A stretch of DNA of 64,000 nt from Carpediemonas membranifera BICM (Eukaryota > Protista > Fornicata). How positions within the stretch are numbered: the first letter of the stretch is position 1; every line of letters begins with the position of its first letter. The translations under genes and the position numbers were made by a program. The stretch is from NCBI GenBank assembly GCA_019828565.1, contig JAHDYR010000007.1:231600-295599 (forward strand). Reading direction: 5' to 3'. Under the pieces are notes generated by a model. The model was not told the DNA's origin. It was given only the letters and a program-made list of their open reading frames with translations, and ran no database searches. Shown here piece by piece: positions 32,903 to 44,645 of the stretch.

Positions 32903-35900
32903 ATGGAAACGATCAAGATAGCGAGCCTGAACACTGAGGGACACATCGGGAAGGGAAAGGACTTCACGGCCTCAATGGCAACGGCTATAAGGATGAAACT
33001 GAGCGACACAGATGCAGTATGCATCCAAGAAACGTGGAGGACGGCGAATACGAGGGTACACAACTTCATAGACTTCGACTACGCAATGGCAGGGAAGGAA
33101 ACAGAGGAGGAGCTAGCTATGGACAACGAGAGGAGGAAGAAAGAAGCCCAAAGCCAGCGCCGAATAGATGCCCAGCTGGGCATAGCAGGGAGCAGTAGCC
33201 GGACGCCCAGGACGAGGGGTACTAGAGAAGGAGTGGGCACAATCATCAACCCAAGAGCAAGAGGGAGCTGGGACGTAGGCATCACAGATAGCTTATCAGG
33301 GAGGATACAGGTGAGCATACTCAGAACCCATAGGGACATCCTGGTGATCAACGTGTATGGCCCACCGGTCGGCCACGGAAGGGAGGAGAAGGACGAGTTC
33401 AGGGACGGAATAAGGAGCATTATGGAGATGAAAGGAGAGATGGAAACAATCATCATAGGGGACTGGAACCTCGACCCCAAAAGGATAGCCACAATGGCAA
33501 GATGGAAGGACCTGATCAGGGACTATAAGCTGGGAGCAGTGATCCCCATGGAAGGTACCCTCACCAAGGGAACTACCACTCCGGACTTCGCGCTGGTATC
33601 ATCAGGGATCAGAGGAGCAAGGATAGAAGTACTGGATGCTAGTCGACTCGGAGTCTGGGGGTCAGCCCACAACATGATAAGACTGGAATGGAGGGAACAA
33701 CGGATCCAACGGACTACAAAGAGAGAGGAAGTCCTAGACATACCGGGCGTCAGAGTGTGGAACATGAGGAAGAAGGCTGAACGCACATCAGTCAGAAGAC
33801 TGCACCGTTTTAAGAGCCTGGATGAGTGGGAGGAGGATATCAGGAAGGATATGGGCGAGCCGTCAGGTCACCCAGGCAGTGGAGACAGGGAAGAGGTCAT
33901 CAAAGAAAAGGTGTGGTCGGAACTCCGGCACACACCATGGACAGAAGAGGGAAACAAGACCAGAAGTGAGATCATGAAGCGTGAGCTACAGGCCTTCTGG
34001 GGAAAACGCAGGGAAGAGTGGATCCAGGACCTCAGCCGGAGCGCGAAGGAAGGATACAAAGCATCCAGGTCCATGGTGGAAGCAGCGGTAAGAAGATGGT
34101 GGTGTGAAAACCAGTTCAAGGGCATGCCAGAGAGCATACTGAAGGACGGGAAGATTACCACCAACAAGGAAGAAATAGGTAAGATCCTCCTACAACAGTA
34201 TGCAGGAGTGAGCAGGGGCAGGGAACCGGAGTGGAAGGATAGAGGCAATGGAAAGAGGGAGGACGAATTTAAGGAGAGAGAAATACGAGAAGCGATCAGA
34301 AGGACAAAGAGGGACACTGCACCGGGACCGGACCACACTACAGGGGACATGCTCAGGGACACAGATGACCAGGGGATCGCTCAGATAACTAGGCTCATGA
34401 ACAGGGTATACAGGGAGGGCAAGATCCCGACAACATGGAAGTATGCTACAGTCTCGGCCATCCACAAGACAGGGAAGCCCAGAGTGAAGCCGGAGTCGTA
34501 CAGACCCATCTCGCTAACACCACTACTGTATAGGGTGTATGGTAGGCTCCTGAAGAGAAGATTAGAAGCAGCCACATGGCACCTCATCCCAAGAGAGCAA
34601 GCAGGGTTCCAATCGGATAAGGACGTAATACAACAGATACAATACATCGTGCAGAGACACCAGGAAGGGGGGGAGACCACGTCGATCTTCCTAGACATAG
34701 AGAAAGCCTATGACACCGTCCCGAGGGACATCCTCATGGATAAGCTGCAGGGAATGGGGGTCGAAGACCACCTCATCAGGGCAATACAGAGTACACTAGA
34801 AGAGACATGGATCTCGGTGAAGGGGGCAGGGTCATGGGAGAGAACAAACAGGGGAGTGAAGCAAGGATGTGTCCTAGCGCCGACCCTGTTCGTTTTGTTC
34901 ATGGCAAACTGGCCTCACCTGGTCAGGAAGAAGCATCAGGGACAAGAGTACGATATCAGGGAACCACCAACGGAGTTACCAAGAGTCCGGGACACGCTGC
35001 CGGCCACCCTAACCATGTTCGTGGACGATACAGCGGTCACAGGGGAGAACACCGGAAAAGAGTAAGATAGTGGCGAACCTAGTCATAGAAGTTATCAAGG
35101 AGCACCTCATGAGGGCAAATGCACAAAAGAGTGAGATGATCAGTGTAGACAGGGCAGCAGTGGCGAGAGTGGGGGAGTTACCCTAATGGCAAAAGAGGAA
35201 GCTAAGTACCTAGGTCTCTGGATAGCCAGCGGAAAAGACCCACTGGCAGCCTGTATCAGAAAGAAGCGGGAGCAGAGCGAAAGGTACAAGAAGCTAGTGA
35301 GAAGAGTGGGATGGACCAGAGGCAACATGCCGGCGCTAGCCAGCAGGCTCCTCCTCGAAGTTTACATATGGCCGAGGATAATGTTTGGAGTGGAGGTGTG
35401 GGGCTACGCAGCAGGGGGGAACAAGATATGGACGGATTGGCAGGGCATCATGGCCGGAACAGGCCCAGGTGGGGGCTCGGTCATGCGCATCTTGAACGGA
35501 TGGATGGACCTGCAAGCCCACCTGGAGATGCTAGCAGTCAAGAGGATCGTGACAAGCAGGGGCCAGGATATACCAATCAGAGACAGGGTCTGGAAGGAGG
35601 GATCGATTATGTGGAAAGCCAGGGACTCAGTGAACGCACTCCTCAGAGGAACAAGAGAGGGAGCAACGAATGCAGGGAAGATAGACTTTGGTAGGGAGAT
35701 GGTAAGAATGAACTGGACCAGGAGGTGCAAGAGCAAGACAGCGGTGGGGCTCATGGAAGTCCTAGGACCCAAACGTATGGGAAAGTGCATGGCGGGGAAA
35801 CCGGCCATAAGTAGGAAGACAGGGAAGTGGCAGTCAAGGGCAGAGTGGAAAAGGATAGTGTCGGTGGCAGCGAATGTCAGCCCGTCTCCATCATCAGCGG

Positions 35901-36353
35901 AAAGGGGAGAAGGCCCAGAGCGAGCGCTGGCGGACCTGGCGATGGGTGAGGAACTCAAACACAAGATACAAAGGAGGTGCCCCCTGTGCACAAAGGAGAG
36001 CGAGATAGAGTTACTGTGGCAAATAGCGAGAGAGCAGCCAAACCAAGCCAGGAAGCAGGCACTAATCAGGGGAGTGGGTAAGGGGTCAGCCGCTGGGATC
36101 GGCGGCCCACATTATGTGTGAGTGCCCAGAGGTTGAAAGAGGAGATGACTGGGAAAAGATATGGAAGACAGCTAAGGAGAGGACCAGGGAATTGCAAGTC
36201 AGAAGAGGCCCGAATGGGAGGTGGTATGAGAAGAGGCCAATCTTAGAGGTGCAACAACTAGTGTTAACAGGGTCGGAAGAGATATGGGAAGGACTGCGAG
36301 CTGGGCTGAGAGCCCTGGCAAAGGTCTATGATAGCTATAGAATAGATGGATAG
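32903..36353 (+). pseudogene. LINE 2 ORF2: APE endonuclease-RT-Zn finger (frameshifts ~35060 and ~36110)
   Basis: SLNTEG, CIQET, NVYGP, GDWN, PDF, SAH; APGPD, YRPISL, LDIEKAYD, GVKQG, FVDD; CPLC...H..C. Confidence 0.92.
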
Positions 36354-37230
36354 ATAAGGAACACCACATCCAGAAAGGGGGCAGGGAAGCATAGACTCTG
36401 GGATCAAGGGGAGACCCCCATGTTTCCCAGGGAGAGGGCAGGGCCAGGGACAGAGGAAATCCATCAATTGGATGGTTGCACCACTCGCGGTGAACCTAAG
36501 GAAACTGCAGGGACTGAGCATGGGATACGGGGGGACATGACGTCCCCGCCGCCCTTGTGAACGATAGAGGGACGCTGGGAAGTGTAGCACAAGAGAACTA
36601 TCATAAGGGGTACTAGGCCTTGCAGATCTAGAGTCTGTGTTAGCCCTAGCCCACGCCGCCTAACAGGGGTAGATGAGAGGGACTTAGTTGCTTTCCCCGC
36701 CCACGGGTAGGCCACTTAACAGGGTCGTGGGGGCACTGAACAGGGAATCTGGAAAGAGGAGAGGGTGCCATGCTTGAACGACCCCGTAGGGACTGCAGGG
36801 AATCAGGGAGTGCTATAGAGAAGGTCTTGCAGGACAAACCTGCCTGTGGAAGCACCGAGGACAGACCCCCAGGCTCCCTGGAAGCTGCCGGGTTTACAGG
36901 GAGACAGGAAAGCGCTCAGCGCACGGAGATGGCGAAGGCCTATGGGGGGAAGTGAAATCGGGAGTGAGCGGAAGCAGTAGCACCGAATCGCTCGTTGGAC
37001 GCAGCTGACAAGTTCAATCGCAGGGAGGAGGCAGCGCCCCGGGGAACTCGGCTCCAGTAATAAGGGAGATCAGCCTAAGTAACCGGGGCCCGATACCAGG
37101 CACCATAAATTTTCTTTCTTTCTTTCTTCGGAAGATACGTGGGAGCCGTACCAGAACGTTAAGGGATGCGAAGCGTTGGATATATATCTGGGGAAGGCCG
37201 AATAAATGGCCCCCAAGCATCAGAAACTGT

Positions 37231-38352
37231 TTATTCGCAAGTGTCACAACGGACGTTACCATCGAGGGCAACGTCGTCGGCGAGGTAAGACTCGTAAGAC
37301 GGATGCTCAGTGAGGAACTGGGCAACGGCAGGGTGAGTCTGCATGCGCCGAGTAGCGATGGCAATGCTGCTCACATTGGGGCATTCCTCATAACTGACAT
37401 GCAGGCGCAGAAGACCAGGGGCGTCAAAACGATAATGCCAAACACGCGAGACCGTGAAGGCTGCAGAAGTCATGTCTTGCAGAGTCAGCGACGGGGCGCG
37501 GTCAGCAGTAACCGGCATGAAGCCTGACAGAAGACTGAACTCCGCGTCGTCGAAGGAAGCGCCGCTACGCATGCGAGCGAAGTACTGACGAGCGAACTCA
37601 GCGCAATCAGCGCGGGTGAGGATACCGAGGGCCTCTCCCATGTGCAGCACAAAATATAGGTTGACATCGTGGCCGAGCATGACAGCACGGAAGACATGAG
37701 GACGCATGGTGACGATGCTGAGGCCAGAGCGATTCTCGATCTCTTGCTTGAGCGCGTTCGGCACATACGCGCGTTTGTCTCGAACAGCAGTGAGGTAGGC
37801 TGAAACGATGGCAGCATCAGTCGAATCGCGACGTATGGAGAGGTAAGCCGACATCGCCTGGAGTACGATAGCGTCACGGCAGAGATCAGCGCCGGCGTCA
37901 TGCGAGTGCACTGCAGCGGAAGCGCGGGTGTAAGAGTGCAGCCGGTTGTCGGTGAGCAGCAGTAACTCAGTCCGGGGAGAGTTCCAGTTGTAGCTGACTG
38001 CCTGCCGGGTGACGAGTTCCACGTAGCCAGAGAGGGATGGCGGGGTGTCGTCCGACTCGGAGTCAGACTCACTGTCGGTTGGGTCAGGAGAAGCCGGAAG
38101 GTAGCGTAGGTCGACGGCGTTAACGCTCTCGCTGTCAGATGCAGAACTGGTTACGGCGCCAGCAAGTTCCTCTGGGACATTAGGGACGTTTTGGCGCCTA
38201 GGAGCACGTCGCGGCTGGTAAGGGGTGAACAACTCGAGGTAGGAACCAGTTTCAGAGATATGGCGACGGAGGAGACGGCAAAATTGCATTCTCGAAGTGT
38301 TAGTCGTAAGACGATTTAGAATAGTTTCCACAGCGGCGTCGAAATCCCCCAT
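37231..38352 (-). CDS. Antisense accessory gene of Gypsy C, 373 aa, C-terminal chromo-like domain
   Basis: Uninterrupted ORF convergent with pol. N-terminus DAAVETIL resembles D/E (NAAVEAIL, NTAVEAVL); C-terminus FTVSRVWHYR...LHVSYEE...AVAQFL. Confidence 0.75.
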   Translation of the reverse strand: MGDFDAAVETILNRLTTNTSRMQFCRLLRRHISETGSYLELFTPYQPRRAPRRQNVPNVPEELAGAVTSSASDSESVNAVDLRYLPASPDPTDSESDSESDDTPPSLSGYVELVTRQAVSYNWNSPRTELLLLTDNRLHSYTRASAAVHSHDAGADLCRDAIVLQAMSAYLSIRRDSTDAAIVSAYLTAVRDKRAYVPNALKQEIENRSGLSIVTMRPHVFRAVMLGHDVNLYFVLHMGEALGILTRADCAEFARQYFARMRSGASFDDAEFSLLSGFMPVTADRAPSLTLQDMTSAAFTVSRVWHYRFDAPGLLRLHVSYEECPNVSSIAIATRRMQTHPAVAQFLTEHPSYESYLADDVALDGNVRCDTCE

Positions 38353-39117
38353 GAGCTGTGATCGTCTAGAAAGTCGACTTTCCAGAAAGCAAAAAATGCG
38401 AAATCGATGAAACGCAATGGTTACGCAACAATGCTGTTCAGAAGTGGAACATAGAGTTGTTTACATGGTGGAACTGATGTTGTTATTCAATATAGCCGCG
38501 TTTTCGGGATCCAAAAAGTGTTTCCGGCGGTGCAAAACGAAAAAGTGCCATATCTCGCGAACGAAAAGGAATTGGAGCCTCTTAACCCGTTTTTTGAACG
38601 CCGTGTAAGATTAGGCGGAATGTAACCAACCTTTGGTAAGAATTGACATGGGGACATCGATGGCACCTAAAAGTGCGCCATTTGACCCTTTCAGAATCGT
38701 CGGGTATGTTTCAAAGACTTTCAAGAGGGGCAGGACCCCAGGTAAGGATACCCATAACATAGCGCGCTAATACAGTGGTACCACGCAAGATTTGATCAGA
38801 TAATATTAGGTAATTTAGATTTGGTAGTGAGGTAAGCATATCTCAGAAACGTGACTGGACATCACGCCGGGCATAAGACTCAGGGTTTTTATAGCCAGTC
38901 TGGTCAACGGGTATCCGGTGAACTCGAAAGTCCCGAGCTCACAACGGTTCAGGCAATAGGGCTTAGTCCATTGCCAACTCCGGCTCCATGGCGAGTCCCC
39001 ATGGAAGCGACGGTTACTGGAGCTTGTATCTGGGCAATTCACCCGGACCAAGCACCTAGCACACCCTTCATAATAGTGTTGAGTTTTTTGATGCTCTACC
39101 GGAGCATGGGAGGGAAG

Positions 39118-39219
39118 TGTTGGTTCATCAATAGATTATTTAATAGTCTTGAGTCGTCCAGCTCGACACATGGGTGTCGAGCTCTATTCTTTGTAAAGCT
39201 TTGTTCTCACGAACCCACA
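39118..39219 (+). repeat. Gypsy C 3' LTR
   Basis: Direct repeat of 24589-24690. Confidence 0.95.
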
Positions 39220-39874
39220 CCCGTTTGCCTTGAACACGATGTCAGCGCTCGTCAGGTTGAGGATTTCAGCTCCGCGGCTCACGGTCAGGTAAGCAATCGC
39301 GGCGAATAGTGTCGCTTGGTACGTCGCGATGTCGCTGTTCCTGGACTTGATGGCCCTGATCATGTCCTCCCTTGTGACTGGGGCTGACCCGCCTGTCATG
39401 CCGGTGGTGTTGGCGTTGTCTGCTATGCCTCTTCTGATTTGTGGACAGTAGGTGCTGGGGGTCCAGTCGGAAAAGAGTGGGGCGGCCCTCTCGATCCAGT
39501 ATCCCTTTCGATCGACCGTGGCTGGTGCATTATGCTCGGCCTCGTCCTCCAGGAAGGCTCGGTACTCATCGGTGTCGTCCTCGTGTGGGTCGCGGTACTC
39601 AAGGAATGCTGTAATCCATCCGGCTACTGAGCGCTTGGACTCGTCTCGGCGCATGTGAGACAGTATTTGGTGCTGCAGGATTCTGGAGAACGTGTCCTGA
39701 AGGCGAGAGCTATGAAGCGGATGGTCCCGTTTGGCCTGGAGAGACGGTCTAGGAGTTGCTGTTCCTCTGATGCGAAGTCGTCTTTCGGTACTGAGAAGGG
39801 AATCTTGCATGTCGCGCGGGCCTTGAGTTGTTGGAGTTCGGGGCTCGTAATGTCTGGCACGACGAGGAGGCATG
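39220..39874 (-). pseudogene. DIRS-a copy 2: YR N-part/MT end, truncated by a deletion joining it to Gypsy F
   Basis: Near-identical to 3540-4194. Confidence 0.9.
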
Positions 39875-41778
39875 GCGCGTTGGAATCTCGCCGGGGCGTT
39901 CATCAGGCCGAATGGACATCTGGTGAACTCGCAGTATGCGTCTGGAGTGACAAAAGCGGTTTTGGGGATATCTTCCTCGTGCATCCGCATCTGGTAGTAG
40001 CCTTGTCTGAGGTCTAGGCCTGCAAAGTATTTGCAGCCTGATGCTCGGTCTACAAACTCGCGCGCGTTAGGCAGGGGGAAGTTATCCCTCACTGTCTTGG
40101 AGTTTAACTCCTTGTAGTCAATGCAAAGACGGATCTTGGTCGATCCTTTGTGGCCCTGCCTGACTACTACGATCGGCGAGCTGTACGGCCCAGTCGAGTC
40201 CTGGATTATCCCGTCTCGCCTGAGTTGTTCTAGCTCTGTCGACACCAGGCCTTGGGTCACTGGGTCGAGTCTGCGAGCGCGGCATTGTACAATTGACCAC
40301 TCGTCTATCAGTTCAATCGACATGGGTTCCAGTCGAGACCCTTCCTTGGGTAGTTCTTCCTCGAAGATATCGTCAAATGAGTTGATTATCTCGAGAATCT
40401 CGGGTCGGATCTTCGACTCCGGGACGTTGACACCACAGGAGTCGTCGGTTGTCGCCATGTTTGCGTCCTCCGTGAGATATTCATGGTAGAACGGCAGCCA
40501 GTCCTCGTCCTCCTCAATTGAGGAGAGCTTGTGCAGGTTAAGGTTGAGTGTGCCATCGCCAATGAGTGCGAGTGACCTCAGCAAGTCACACCCGATGAGA
40601 ACCTTGAAGAACTCACCGGGGAGTACGTAGTACTTCCATGTAACCTCCAACGGTGTGATACCTAGTGCTGGGAATGCTGCCTTAAATGTGACTGCTTGAT
40701 CTGTCACGAGGGAGCGTCCGTCTCCTAGCGTGACCTTGATCTTTTCCTCGAGAGAGGTCTGCACTGCGTCCTTGGGTAGGGTACGTAGTGCCTTCGAACT
40801 AATGAAGCTTCGGCTTGCACCAGTGTCTACAACGAACGAGTAAGTTTTGCCTTTTACAGTAGCGGGGGTCGTCAGTGGACCCTTCCCGCCCTTCTCGTTA
40901 GTCGACGCGCTGTCGGCGTTGTTGTTCTCGCTGTAGCGGGGGTGCTTATCGCATCTGAAGTCCGTGTGGGGACCGCCACAGGGGCGCGACGGCTTCTTGG
41001 GTTCGTCGGCCGGCAGGCGCTTGGCCGCGTCCGGGCGGTACTGGGCCTTCCTGGCCTGGGCCGGGGCCTTGGGTCCGCCGGCCGGGGTTTGCGAGAGGGG
41101 TTGATCATGGTCATACGCCCTAGCAGCCTGTCCTCGAAGGTCTTGACGTTGTGGAGAGCAAGCAAGGTCTGTGCCTTCTTGCGGAATGCTGTCGGGTTCA
41201 GGGACTCCCTGAAGAGCCGTGCAGCCAGCTTATCAAAGCTTGCGAGCAGTTCGTCGGCATTGGGGTTGTCGTCGATGGGGTCCAAGAACCCTTCTGGGTC
41301 TGGCGTCTTGGAGTAGAGCTCGATGCGCTTGCGGAATGCTGCCGCTTGTAGTCTCGTGCCAGCTTCGAAGTTGCGTGCGGTGCTCGGCACCATGGGGAAA
41401 CGAAGGTCTTGGAGCTCTTCGACGAGTGCTAGGATGGAGTGGGGAAGGAGCCGCTGGCGACACCATTCGGTGAAGTTCTTGAGAGTGTAGTTCTTGTCGG
41501 ATGTGTCTATGCCTTCGGCCTTGAGTTCGAGGGCAAATGACTCCTCAATGAGGACGGACAGTGGGATGCTTGGGTTTTGTATAGTAAAAATCGTTGCTCG
41601 GCGCTCAAACTCCTCAAGAGTCTCTAGTGTTAGATTTGAAGGAGAAAGCTCAGGAATTTGAACAGTTACCGACATCAGCACAGCTAATACTAGTATTGTC
41701 GGTTGAAATTATTTACAGTAAACCGCAGCGCGGTAAAAGTGGTCAAAACTGGACGGAGCAGTTTATAGACCGGTGACA
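39871..41778 (-). mobile_element. Gypsy F, 3'-truncated: 82-bp 5' LTR, gag, PR, RT N-half
   Basis: Putative LTR 41697-41778 (TGTC...GACA), palindrome AATACTAGTATT, gag ATG at 41675, VDTGASRSF, LDLRQGY, PFGLMNAP. Confidence 0.8.
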
Positions 41779-44512
41779 GGGGGACGTCCTCCAAGTCTTC
41801 GTTACACGCTGTACCTCGGCCGAGGCATTGACCCGGACAGGATCGCTGCCCTTGAGGAGCTCACGGTCCCCCAGACCGTCACGGAGTTGCGCCGGATCGT
41901 CGGGAAATTCAACTACCTGCGGTCATTCATCCCCTTTAGCGCAACGCTGATGGAGCCCCTCACCCGACTCATGACCGGTGCGAAAAACGCCCGTCTCACG
42001 TGGACCGCCGAGCAAGACGCCGCGCTGGAGGCCCTGAAAGCCACCGTTGCCAAGCACATCGAACTCACACACCCCGACACGTCACTCCCCTGGGAGGTCT
42101 ACACCGACGCGAGTGACTACGGCATTGGTGGCGTTATTTTCCAACTCAAGGACAGCAAGCGCCAGATCCTCACGTTTGTCAGCAAGAAGCTGACCGGACC
42201 GCAGACCCGATGGACGAAGTACGAGAAGGAGCTCTACGCTATCCTTTATACACTCACGCGGCCGGAGTTCTCCGCCATCTTGCGATTGAAGCAGGACTGG
42301 AAGGTCTTCACAGATCACCGGAACCTCACCTACTTGTTCCGCAAGTCAGCCTCGAATGCGAAGATCGCGCGATGGAAGATGATCCTGAGCGACTACAACC
42401 CCACGATCGTCCACGTCGAAGGCGCCTCGAACGTCATCGCAGACACCCTCTCCCGCGCCCTCCCTCAGACTAGCGCAGAGGTCTCCGCCCTGGACGACAG
42501 TCACCAGCAGGTCCTACAAGATGCCCATAATGACGCCGTCGGCCACCATGGCATCCGGCGAACCGTGCAGGCCATCCGTGCTGGTGGACACAGCTGGACG
42601 GGCATGCAGCCGGACGTCAAGGCGTTCATCCGAGCGTGCCCCACATGCCAGCTGAGACACACCGCTGATACAGACGTCCCATACCATAGCACTCAGCCCA
42701 CCAACCCGTTCGAGGTCGTCTTTATCGACACACTCGGGCCGCTTCCTGAGTCGGCCGACGGGTTAAAATACATCATCGCAGCAGTAGATGGCTTCAGCAA
42801 GCACGTCTCACTATTTCCGGCACACACTACGAATGCTGCGAGCGCCGCGAAGAGCATTTACCAGTTCTGCGGCCGTTTTGGCGTCCCGAGCTCCATCCAG
42901 ACCGACCACGGCCCACAATACGACAACAAGCTCGTTGCCGAGCTGACGAAGAGGCTCACGCTTAACCACCGCCTCTCAGTTCCATACAGGCCGCAAGCCA
43001 ATGGCATAGTAGAGCGAATGAACGCAGAGATCGCTAAGCATCTCACACCCCTGCTCAACCACGGCGACTGGGTCGAACTACTTCCCCAAGTCGAGCTCAT
43101 CATCAACAACACCGCATCATCGACGACGGGACGCACTCCACTCAATATCCTCTTCCCTCACCTCGAGCACACGCACTACGAGGCCAGAAAGGGGGACTTG
43201 ACGGGCATACTGCACGCGGTGCGCGACAACATCGCTCAATACACCACAGCAGCCAAGCGCAAAGCGCCCCAGGACTACTGGGCACCCCAGGCTGGCTCCC
43301 TCGTCCTACTCAAGCGAACAAAGTACAGCAAACTCCAACGGCCTTACCGCGGGCCCTTCAAGGTCCGCGGCCCAGGCGCTGTCTCGAACACCACGACGAT
43401 TGAGGCCTTAGCTGACCCCGAGGCCGCCATGACAGTCGCCACCCATCGCCTGAAGCCATTCATCCGCGGCACGCTCAGCGACGCCGAACTACTCCAACTC
43501 CAAGCCGAGGGCGAGGACGAGTACGTCGTCGAAAATATTGTGGACGTGTTCAAGACACGCCGCGGGTTCAAAATGAAAGTCCATTGGCTCGGCTATGAGA
43601 GCGCAGAAGACAGCGACATCCTGCTCAACAAGGCTAATTCACGTCTCGAGGCCCTTGACTCATACCTCGAGTCGCATCCGTCAGAAGCTTCACAGACACT
43701 CACATACATCAAGAACAAAGCTGGCAGTAGAATGCATATAAAGCCGCCTAAAACTCACTAATCAACACACCATAGGCCCCAAAGGCACCTCAATTCAACT
43801 CCCCAACAAGCATCACACCAAAACCTCACTTACCCTCTTCACAAACACCCCCGCGAAGACAAGAAAGCAAATGCAATCGACGCGAACCATCTCCACACTC
43901 ACTTATTTACGACAATAGTACAAGTCGCAGCAACAAGGAAGCCGCGCAAGGCTCATCTCCACATTTTCGGCAGATTTCTACCGAAAAGCCGAATATTTCG
44001 GCCCCCACAGGCCATGACAGGCGCAGAATGCAGAGACTTACTCATCAACCCATGGCCCAACTCCAGCAGAAGACTCATCCGAAACTATGATCAAGACCCC
44101 CTCATCACTTGAGCCCCCGCGCAACAGCACACCACTGGGACGCAGCTGGAGCCAACCACTCCTACCACAGGTCCTACCCACTACAGCAAGTCATATGCCC
44201 CGACCTTCAAATTTCCGAGCGTCATCGCCCTTCATCCCGTTCTCATCAACTGATCATACCTTAACCTGCATCGGACTTCTGACATCACATCAAGCGCTGA
44301 CGCACTGGGAGGGGTAGTGTCAGGACCTGACGGCCCTGGTGACCACTCCGGGCTCGGCCTTTCATTTACATGTTACATATCATGATGTTAACACATATCA
44401 TGATATATTTAGCCGATCCGATTTGGTCTCCCCCGGCCCGCGGCAGGGCCGTATCGTATCGTAAATACTTTCACCTCACTTTTTTCTAGCACCGCCCCAA
44501 AGGCCCGGCACA
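41779..44512 (+). mobile_element. Gypsy G, 5'-truncated: RT end-RH-IN-chromodomain, PPT and putative 3' LTR 44318-44512
   Basis: ORF to 43761 with TDAS, HHCC, IDTLG, TDHG, ANGIVER, YVVENIV...VHWLGY; PPT gggaggggtag followed by TG. Confidence 0.85.
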
Positions 44513-44645
44513 CTGTGGTGGTCATAGACCACACTAATCATTTATACAGTTTAAGCCATTTATTGGCACAAGGGTTTTCTCTTCTTCTTTCCCTGTAAAA
44601 GCATTCTCCGCATTAGCGAGGCACATTAACGTTAATTCCCCTCAA

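Larger units (their letters stand above)
28643..37125 (+). mobile_element. Non-LTR retrotransposon LINE 2, apparently full length (~8.5 kb), 14-bp TSD
   Basis: TSD cttcggaagatacg at 28629-42 and 37126-39; (TTTC)n tail; large ORF1 plus APE-RT ORF2. Confidence 0.93.
24589..39219 (+). mobile_element. Gypsy C: chromodomain LTR retrotransposon (102-bp LTRs, CCCG TSD) with an antisense gene; contains nested LINE 2
   Basis: Identical LTRs 24589-24690 and 39118-39219; TSD cccg; PPT gggagggaag; flanks rejoin into the DIRS-a YR. Confidence 0.95.
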
